Part shown: positions 37,331 to 43,867 of the stretch, one piece after another
How positions within the stretch are numbered: position 1 is the first letter of the stretch
Layout of the letters: each line of letters begins with the position of its first letter
Assembly: GCA_947628865.1 (NCBI GenBank)
Contig: CANRBN010000001.1
Span: 1-43,867 of the forward strand
Source: an uncultured Gemmiger sp.
Lineage (GTDB): Bacteria; Bacillota; Clostridia; Oscillospirales; Ruminococcaceae
Reading direction: 5' to 3'
DNA: 43,867 bases
Made by a program: the position numbers and the translations under genes
Notes under the pieces: model-generated
Seen by the model: only the letters and a program-made list of their open reading frames with translations
The model's database searches: none
What the model was told of the DNA's origin: nothing

Positions 37331-38026
37331 TCAATACTGCTCGCCGTATTTTTTGCCGTAATACTTGCCGTAATACTTGCCGTAATACTTGCCCGAATGG
37401 CGGCGGTCGACCTTGTTGAGGATGACGCCGAGCACCGGGCAATTTGCATTTTTGAGCTTTTGCACCACGTCCTGCGCAGCGCGGTAGCTGACCTCGTTCG
37501 CCTCAATGACGACGGCGGCGCCATCACAGTACTGCACGACCATCGCCGCGTCGACGACCATGCCCAGCGGCGCGGTGTCGATGATGACATAATCAAAGCT
37601 GTCGCGCGCGGCGGCAATGACCTTTTCCATGCGCTCGCCGCCCAGCAGCTCGGAGGGGTTCGGCGGCACCGTGCCGGCAAAGATCACCGTCAGGCCGTCC
37701 GGCGTCGTGCGGTAGATGATGTCCTCCGCGTTGCACTGGCCGGAGAGATAGTGCGAAAGCCCATATGTGATCTGGCCGGAAACGACTTTCCGCCGCAAAA
37801 CGGATTTGCGCAGGTCGGCATCGATGAGCAGCACCTTTTTGCGCTGCTCGCGCAGCGAGCGGCACAGGTTGAGCGCGACGGTGCTTTTGCCCTCGCCGGC
37901 CATGCAGCTGGTCAGGCAGATGACTTTCTTTTCCGTGCCGCAGAACTGCAGGTTGGCGCGCAGCAGCTTGAGCTCCTCATTGATCTCGTAAGGCAGCTCC
38001 CGCATTTCCAATTCGACGTGTTCCAA
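37331..38026 (-). CDS. cpsD: CpsD/CapB family bacterial tyrosine kinase
   Basis: LR.NLQF, GEGKST Walker A, IDADLRK, PPNPSELL, IIDTAP, C-terminal Tyr cluster. TTG start with AAGGAG RBS. Confidence 0.92.
   Translation of the reverse strand: MEHVELEMRELPYEINEELKLLRANLQFCGTEKKVICLTSCMAGEGKSTVALNLCRSLREQRKKVLLIDADLRKSVLRRKVVSGQITYGLSHYLSGQCNAEDIIYRTTPDGLTVIFAGTVPPNPSELLGGERMEKVIAAARDSFDYVIIDTAPLGMVVDAAMVVQYCDGAAVVIEANEVSYRAAQDVVQKLKNANCPVLGVILNKVDRRHSGKYYGKYYGKYYGKKYGEQY
37353..37393. repeat. 12-bp tandem repeat (x3.4) encoding GKYY
   Basis: (ttgccgtaatac)3 ttgcc. Confidence 0.9.
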
Positions 38027-38040
38027 AAATTCCCGCTCCT

Positions 38041-38760
38041 TTATCCCAACGCTAATATTGAAAACGGGTTGTCCCACAACACCCTTTGGGCGTAGGCATC
38101 CCCCAATTTATTTTCGATCTTATGGGCACACAGGCCCAGCTCCACAGGCCGATACTCCGGCCCATGCGCATCGGAAGCCACCACATGGATCAAATCATGC
38201 TTTGCAAGCTCCCAGCAAAACAACTGTTGGCGCAGACCCTCGCGGCCCAGCAGGCTGCCGGCGTTGACCTGGATCATGGCGCCCAGCTCCCGCAGGCGGC
38301 GCACCGCGTCGATGCCCGTGCGCACGGCGGGATAGCGCTCGACATGCGCGACCAGCGGCTGATACCCTGCCGCGATGACCTTTTGCAGGCGGTGGCAGAT
38401 GATATCCAGCGTGTGACGGCCTGAAAACTCGACCAAAAGGGTCTTTCCCCTGCCCAGCGGCAGTAGCTCGCCCTGCTCGAGCAAACTCATAAAATGGGAA
38501 TCACAGTAATATTCCCGGCTCAGGCACAGGTAGATGGGCAGCTTTTGCGTGCGGATGTAATCCCGTGCCCGCTCAAATTGATGCTTGACTTCTTCGTTGC
38601 CGGACTCGAACATCCCGTGGCGCAGGTGCGGCGTCGCACATACGACGCTGATGCCCTGCCGCGTCTGCTCATTGAGCAGCTGTTCCATCTCTTCCAGATG
38701 TTCGGCACCATCGTCCACGTAGGGCAGGATATGGCAGTGGATATCCGCCAGCCTTGTCAT
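38041..38760 (-). CDS. cpsB: CpsB/CapC PHP-family tyrosine phosphatase
   Basis: DIHCHILP.VDDGA, ATPH, AHVERY, VASDAH...RP. Confidence 0.92.
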   Translation of the reverse strand: MTRLADIHCHILPYVDDGAEHLEEMEQLLNEQTRQGISVVCATPHLRHGMFESGNEEVKHQFERARDYIRTQKLPIYLCLSREYYCDSHFMSLLEQGELLPLGRGKTLLVEFSGRHTLDIICHRLQKVIAAGYQPLVAHVERYPAVRTGIDAVRRLRELGAMIQVNAGSLLGREGLRQQLFCWELAKHDLIHVVASDAHGPEYRPVELGLCAHKIENKLGDAYAQRVLWDNPFSILALG

Positions 38761-38790
38761 GCCCTGCTCCTCCCGTTTCTCCCTTCGCCA

Positions 38791-38822
38791 AAGGGGCCCC
38801 GCTTTTGGGGCGGGGTCCCCTT
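38791..38822. terminator. GC-rich hairpin after the surface-protein gene
   Basis: aaggggccccgc-ttttggg-gcggggtcccctt, with no clear U-tract. Confidence 0.5.
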
Positions 38823-38838
38823 GACTTAGGGGAATGTG

Positions 38839-39420
38839 TTACATTTCCTTTTTGCGCGCCTTGACAGCCACGATGCTGGCCAACGCGATCACGGAGATGC
38901 CGACGAACGGCACAGCCATGGGGGCGCCAGTCTGGGGCGCGGTCGGGGTGGTGCTGGGCGGGTTGGTGGCCGGCGTATCGTCGGTCTTGCCCTTCACGAC
39001 GATGAAGGCGAACGGCGAGAAAGCATCAGCGCTAAAAGTGACTTTAGAGCCAGTGCCCTGGCCGATGAATTCCCAAGCACTGCCAGTCCAGTGCAGCACG
39101 ATGACAGTGTCATTGGCCGCAACACCGGAAACCGTGAAAGTGTAGGAACCATCGGGATTGCCGATCGGCTCAATGTCCTGAACGATGACGTTGACGACCT
39201 CCTGCTTGGCGGTGTCGATCTTGCCAAGAGTAGTCAAGACCTCCGTCGCTTTCGCAACAGACTGAACCGTCTCGGTGACAGCCGTATCCGCCACTTCCTT
39301 AATCGTGACGTTATCGGGCCCCTCGAGCTGATCCGTCGAGCTGGGGCCCGCGGCAAAAGCGGGGACAGCCAGGCAAGTGGTGAGCATCAGAGCCAGCACC
39401 ATTGAGAGAACCTTTTTCAT
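38839..39420 (-). CDS. Small sortase-anchored cell wall protein (APQTG sorting signal)
   Basis: Sec signal MKKVL...AFA, Thr/Pro-rich linker, APQTG + hydrophobic helix + KARKK tail. AGAAAGGAGG RBS. Confidence 0.85.
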   Translation of the reverse strand: MKKVLSMVLALMLTTCLAVPAFAAGPSSTDQLEGPDNVTIKEVADTAVTETVQSVAKATEVLTTLGKIDTAKQEVVNVIVQDIEPIGNPDGSYTFTVSGVAANDTVIVLHWTGSAWEFIGQGTGSKVTFSADAFSPFAFIVVKGKTDDTPATNPPSTTPTAPQTGAPMAVPFVGISVIALASIVAVKARKKEM

Positions 39421-39484
39421 TGGAGTGTACCTCCTTTCTTCCAAAATTTATTCAAACGCGCTTTCGCGCGAGTGAATACACCAT

Positions 39485-40519
39485 TCAAGGGGCGGCGGTC
39501 TCGGGCTCGTAAAAGAGCTCGATGATCATCTGCTGGAGCGCTTCCTCGTCCACATGATACTCGTCATGTACAGCACCGGCCACGGTGGCCCCGGGCACCT
39601 TGAGGGTCTCCTCCTGCAGGTCATATTCCGCCAACATCTGGAGCGTTTCGGCGTCGAGATTGGTCTCGATGGAATCCCCGGCCACAGTCAGCATATGCTG
39701 CAGCGTTTCGGCCATGCCGCCCTTGGCTTTCAGTTGGGAAAACAGCTCGTGCATGAACCATGTCTCGCGCGCAAGGCGCTGCTCTGCCGAGCCGGTAACG
39801 GTGATATCTCTTGAGCGGACGAACTTTTCCGTCGCGGGGCCGTCCAGTGTGACCTGCGCGCCGGAAACATACGCCGGGTCGATGTAGGAATAATCCTCCG
39901 GGAATGTGAGCGTGATGCCGCCGAGCTCCTCGACGATGAGCGGGATGCCGTCCATCTTGAGCGCGAGGCTGCCGGTGATGGGCACGTTGTACAAAAGGCG
40001 CGATACCGTGCGTTCCATCAAAAAGCAGCTGCGGCGGTCACTGTCACCATAAATGTATTGGAGCGTGATGTGCATCGGACCCGTATAGGCGTAGTCCCCG
40101 TTGCCGCGGTAAACATCCACGTCCGTGATGGTGTCACGGGAGATGGCAAGCGTCTGCATGGTTTTGGTGCCCGTGTCGAGCAGGAACAGCATGATGGCAT
40201 CCGCGCGTCCGTTGTTGCCCGCGATCTCGCCCACGCTCTCGGTGAGATTGGCGTTGTCCACGCCGAGGAAGAGCACGGTCTTCAGATCGCGCCGGCGGCG
40301 GTAGTTTACGCCGTTGAACGTGATGGTGCTCTGCCAGTCGGCGTTATCATCCGCCGGCGGCAGGCTGACAGCGGGTTCCGAATCCGCCGGCGCAGCCGCA
40401 CCTGACGCGGGAGCAGACCCGCAGCCGGCGCAAAGACCCGCCAGCAGCAGCGCCGCAGCCAAAAGCGGAAGCACCTTCATCGCGGGCGTTCTCATCCGAC
40501 CACAGCCTGCTGATCCCAT
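39485..40519 (-). CDS. LCP (LytR-CpsA-Psr) family glycopolymer transferase, possibly a lipoprotein
   Basis: VLFLGVD, GRADAIML, ISRDT, VEELGGI, FVRSR, R..R. Hydrophobic stretch ending LCAGC. Confidence 0.88.
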   Translation of the reverse strand: MGSAGCGRMRTPAMKVLPLLAAALLLAGLCAGCGSAPASGAAAPADSEPAVSLPPADDNADWQSTITFNGVNYRRRRDLKTVLFLGVDNANLTESVGEIAGNNGRADAIMLFLLDTGTKTMQTLAISRDTITDVDVYRGNGDYAYTGPMHITLQYIYGDSDRRSCFLMERTVSRLLYNVPITGSLALKMDGIPLIVEELGGITLTFPEDYSYIDPAYVSGAQVTLDGPATEKFVRSRDITVTGSAEQRLARETWFMHELFSQLKAKGGMAETLQHMLTVAGDSIETNLDAETLQMLAEYDLQEETLKVPGATVAGAVHDEYHVDEEALQQMIIELFYEPETAAP

Positions 40520-41310
40520 GCGCTTTCCTCCTGCAGGACCCCTATGATGAGATAGCGGTGGATCACGCTGTCCGAATTTCCGGTACAGGTGGAGAGGATG
40601 AGGATCTTGTCGTCCTTCGTGACCGGCACATCCTCAACGATGTGGTTGTTGAGGTCGCGCACGGTCGAGGGCAGTGAATCCAGGAACGCCTGCCGGTTTT
40701 CCGGCGCGGAGTCATCATAATAATAAGGTATATAGGCGTTACTGTAGGTGATCGCGGCAAAGATACGGTAACGCAGCTCCTCTTCCGGCGTGTAGACGAA
40801 GATGTCGGGGTTCGCCTCCAGCACCGCGGTATCGCGGTACTGGGTCAGATTGCTGAAGAGGGTGCCATCCTCATAGTTGTGACCGTAGAGGATGGTGTGA
40901 TAGTCGGAAAAATCACCGGCATTGACAGAGGGCTCGCTGTAGATGGCGCCGTGGCGGTTGTACGCGCCCGTGATATCGTGCCGAAGATAAAAGGCGTCAT
41001 TGTCCGGGTGCTGCACCACGGGATAGGAGATATCCAGCCCCGGTATCTCGATCCAGCCGTAGATATCGGCGCATTCCTGCCAGGCCTGTTCAAAATCGAC
41101 GGGGCAGAGATGCGGCTCGGGCGTGGGGGTCGGCTCCGCGGTCGGGGCCTGTGTGGGCGCCGGCGTGGCGGTGGGCTCGGCAGTCGCCTGCAGCTCCTTA
41201 TAGACATCCGCCTCGTGCGCGGTGGTATAGAAGTAATGGATGAGAAAGCAGGCTGTAACTGCGATCACGACAAGACTGCCATAATAGACGATCTTTCTTG
41301 CGCCTTTCAA
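40492..41310 (-). CDS. srtB: Class B sortase
   Basis: N-terminal TM, GWIEIPG..I.YPVVQ..DN..FYL.H, ILYGHN..DG..F..L, LSTC, RY. Confidence 0.9.
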   Translation of the reverse strand: MKGARKIVYYGSLVVIAVTACFLIHYFYTTAHEADVYKELQATAEPTATPAPTQAPTAEPTPTPEPHLCPVDFEQAWQECADIYGWIEIPGLDISYPVVQHPDNDAFYLRHDITGAYNRHGAIYSEPSVNAGDFSDYHTILYGHNYEDGTLFSNLTQYRDTAVLEANPDIFVYTPEEELRYRIFAAITYSNAYIPYYYDDSAPENRQAFLDSLPSTVRDLNNHIVEDVPVTKDDKILILSTCTGNSDSVIHRYLIIGVLQEESAWDQQAVVG

Positions 41311-41364
41311 AGAGTCCTTTTCCCTCCTTGCATGACGGTCGAACGCGCGGTGCCGGCGAACTGC

Positions 41365-42105
41365 TTATTTCTTCTTTTTGCCGCCGGAGCTTGACTTGGC
41401 CGCCTTGACGTGCTCCATCGGGAGCGCCGCCAGCGTGGTGACGCCGAGATACCGCTGGACGTCGTCCTCATCCTTGATGGTATCGTCCATAAAGTGCTGT
41501 ACCAGGATAATGCCGGCGGTCAAGGCAAAGAACAGCAGCGCGCAGACCGCGCAGTTGAGCAGCAGGCTCGGGCTGCTGGGGGCTTCGGGAACGACCGCCC
41601 GCTGTACCGTGGAGGGCGTATCGGTGCTCATGACCTCGGCGATCTGCAGCTTCATCTGGTCGGCCAACGCATTGCTGAGCTGGGCGGCCAGGTCAGGGTC
41701 AGGATTTGTGACCGTGATCTGCAGCATGTGGGAATCGCTGGGGTTCGTGACCTCGATGGTCTTGACGAAGTCCTCATACGGGTCGGTGATGCCGTACTGC
41801 CCCATGACGACCTCGACGACCTCGCGCGTGGTGGCGATGATCTGGAAGTCAGCGGCCAGCTGGCTGCCGATCTGCAGATCCGCCAGCGAGGTGATGCTGG
41901 TCGTCTTGGAAAGTATGTAGATGATGGAGGTCGCCTCATACTGCGGCGTGATGAAGAGCAGTGTGACGATGGCCGCCGCTGCAATGCCGGCCACCGTGGT
42001 CGCCGCCAGCAGCCAGACCTTGTTCCACAATACATGGAACACTTCCAGCAGGTCGATCTCCTGCTCGTCCAGCTGTTGCTGCTGCTGCAATTCAAGGTTT
42101 TCCAT
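41365..42105 (-). CDS. cpsC: CpsC/CapA (Wzz/Wzd) polysaccharide co-polymerase / kinase activator
   Basis: EIDLL, two TM helices, P.YEAT..IYI, A..P..PSSPS...N, DDTIK..DDV..YLG...LA.LP. Confidence 0.9.
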   Translation of the reverse strand: MENLELQQQQQLDEQEIDLLEVFHVLWNKVWLLAATTVAGIAAAAIVTLLFITPQYEATSIIYILSKTTSITSLADLQIGSQLAADFQIIATTREVVEVVMGQYGITDPYEDFVKTIEVTNPSDSHMLQITVTNPDPDLAAQLSNALADQMKLQIAEVMSTDTPSTVQRAVVPEAPSSPSLLLNCAVCALLFFALTAGIILVQHFMDDTIKDEDDVQRYLGVTTLAALPMEHVKAAKSSSGGKKKK

Positions 42106-42252
42106 AGTTTCCCCCAACTTCGATATTCCCACTGCCTGCACAAAGGCACGGCGGCCAAATCACGGCGCAGCGCGGGTTTGTGCACAGAATTCGCATTATT
42201 TGCGCAAAGCTTAGCTCATTCAAGGACACTAAACGCTCGATATATCCTGTAC

Positions 42253-42281
42253 ATCATAACACATTTGCCCCACCCATGCAA
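42253..42281 (-). promoter_or_regulatory. Putative sigma-A promoter of the cpsC-srtB operon
   Basis: TTGCAT-17 nt-TATGAT with TGn extension. Confidence 0.6.
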
Positions 42282-42458
42282 GAGGGAAAGCAAAATTTTG
42301 TGACTATTGGTATCAAATGCCACAAGATAACGTGGATTTTACCAAAAGTTTCATCGATCACGCGTCTTTTTCGCACTAAAGTGTCAGAATCGACGCTTGG
42401 AGCAGATACCAAAGGACGAAAGCGCTGCCATTCATCGTTCATTTCGCCGCTCGTTGGC

Positions 42459-42487
42459 TTGCCGGATGAACGATGAGATGTTATAAT
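42459..42487 (+). promoter_or_regulatory. Putative sigma-A promoter upstream of the nitroreductase gene
   Basis: TTGCCG-17 nt-TATAAT with TGn extension. Confidence 0.55.
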
Positions 42488-42675
42488 GGCAGCGGTTCTG
42501 CATCAACATCTCCCGCCTATGGACGCGGACAAAGGATGTGTTCGAGATCTTTGTGCCGCATACCGGGCATGAGATGACGGTCGTGCAGCTGGGCATGGAC
42601 AGTTGAAAGTAAACCTGACGCGGGTGTCTCCCGCTTCTTTATGACCGATACCATATATAAAGGAGGGTTCCTAAT

Positions 42676-43425
42676 ATGACAGAATGGGAAGCCGTAGAAA
42701 AACGCATATCCTGCCGCGCCTATGCAGCACAGCCCCTTGATGAAGCGACGCTACAGAAGCTGCGCTCGTATGTAGAGGAACTTCGGAAAGCATCGGGGCT
42801 GCCGTTCCAGCTCTTCACGGCGCCCGCCGGAGAAGCGGCTGTCAAGCTGTCAGGGGCAATGTTCAGCGGCACGGTTTCGGTCTGCGCGGCGTTGGTCGGC
42901 GGCGATGACCCTTTGTCTGCTGAAAAGGTCGGTTATTATGGGCAGGACTTGGTTCTCTATGCCACACGGCTGGGCCTTGGTACCTGCTGGGTGGCCGGCA
43001 CGTTCGACCGTGCCTCTGTTGCGGTCACGATTGGCGATGGGGAAAAGCTGTGGGACGTCATCCCCATCGGCTATGCCGCGCAAAAGATTCCGGCCAAACA
43101 AAAGCTGATCCGCGCAAGCATCCGGGCCAGGGATCGCGCGCTGGAAGCGTTTGTGGAAAGTGATGTACCCTTCTCTTCCCTGCCCGAATGGGTGCAAAAG
43201 GGCGTGACCGCGATTCGGCTGGGCCCCTCGGCGGTCAACCAGCAGCCGGTCAACATTGTCTATAAGAACGGCCAGGTATCGGCCCGCCTGTGGAAGAAGG
43301 CGAACGACCTTGTGTACAATGACCTCGGCATCGCCAAGCGCCAGTTTGAGGCCGGTGCGGTCGCCTGCGGCATGAATGGGCAGTGGGACTGGGGCGATGG
43401 CGGAGAGTTTCATTGCTGTGTTTGA
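42676..43425 (+). CDS. Nitroreductase family protein (two-domain type)
   Basis: R.SCR.Y, GYYG..LVL.AT.LGLGTCWV.GTF, second half PSAVNQQP and DLGIAK..FE. AAGGAGG RBS. Confidence 0.85.
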   Translation: MTEWEAVEKRISCRAYAAQPLDEATLQKLRSYVEELRKASGLPFQLFTAPAGEAAVKLSGAMFSGTVSVCAALVGGDDPLSAEKVGYYGQDLVLYATRLGLGTCWVAGTFDRASVAVTIGDGEKLWDVIPIGYAAQKIPAKQKLIRASIRARDRALEAFVESDVPFSSLPEWVQKGVTAIRLGPSAVNQQPVNIVYKNGQVSARLWKKANDLVYNDLGIAKRQFEAGAVACGMNGQWDWGDGGEFHCCV

Positions 43426-43761
43426 AGTGAAAGACAGGCAAAGTGATGTTAGCGTCAGTAAACCTTTTAAAACGCTTCAGTTTTTTGCCAGCTCCGCTTT
43501 GGCTCGAAAAAATCAAGCATCCTTTCCGCTATTCCACATAAAATCATAGCTTACAATTTTACGTTATGCACAACACTAATTTCACATTACATATGGACTT
43601 TCGGTGCAAAAATAACGCAGTTACGAACCAAATATTACTTACAAAACCGCTTGTTCCATACGCTGAACCAAACAGGCACCGTTTTTATGGGTGAAAAGCC
43701 ATGCTGCACGCTGTAGCTGGCAAAACACTGCCGAGAGAACGCGCGTAAAATTTAACGGCAT

Positions 43762-43799
43762 AACGAAAAGAGCCAGCCGTTTTGGCTGGCTCTTTTCGT

Positions 43800-43800
<1 letters not shown>
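43762..43800 (-). terminator. Terminator directly after tRNA-Ala
   Basis: aacgaaaagagccagcc-gtttt-ggctggctcttttcgtt is a perfect 17-bp inverted repeat. Confidence 0.82.

Positions 43801-43867
<67 letters not shown>

Noticed and set aside
40990-41200. PTATPAPTQAPTAEPTPTPEP repeat in SrtB
   Set aside because: An ordinary Pro/Thr linker between the membrane anchor and the catalytic domain.
42072-42088. CAG/CAA run encoding QQQQQ at the CpsC N-terminus as a phase-variation tract
   Set aside because: Short, interrupted and in-frame, so there is insufficient evidence.

Overview
A GC-rich chromosomal window from a spore-forming Clostridia-class Firmicute. Oscillospiraceae/Ruminococcaceae-like is an inference from gene content and GC richness. 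Most genes are on the minus strand. (1) 79-8792: a Dlt-like envelope aminoacylation operon (stand-alone adenylation enzyme, carrier protein, MBOAT ending in FIYNRF, DltD/SGNH-like protein with Cys at the usual Ser position, lipoprotein, AsnB-type amidotransferase, membrane-anchored transglutaminase-like protein). (2) 9-13.5 kb: small ORF, rpiB, GH35 beta-galactosidase, tRNA-Pro(GGG), aldo/keto reductase. (3) 13.5-28.6 kb: the conserved spoIIIAA-AH, asp23, nusB, TsaD-like, xseAB, ispA, PAP2-like, dxs, tlyA, nadK, argR, recN block. (4) A hairpin-rich MITE-like insert with 36-bp direct repeats, then ligA, yunB, a CE12-like esterase and a nitroreductase. (5) A dinB, small protein, SRAP cassette with a non-canonical palindromic operator. 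(6) A cpsC, srtB, LCP, APQTG surface protein, cpsB, cpsD operon with no glycosyltransferases. (7) A nitroreductase and a partial tRNA-Ala(GGC) at the window edge. The best candidates for undescribed systems are the non-alanine Dlt-like/AsnB cluster and the sortase-LCP-tyrosine kinase operon. All calls come from manual motif recognition, and no database searches were run.
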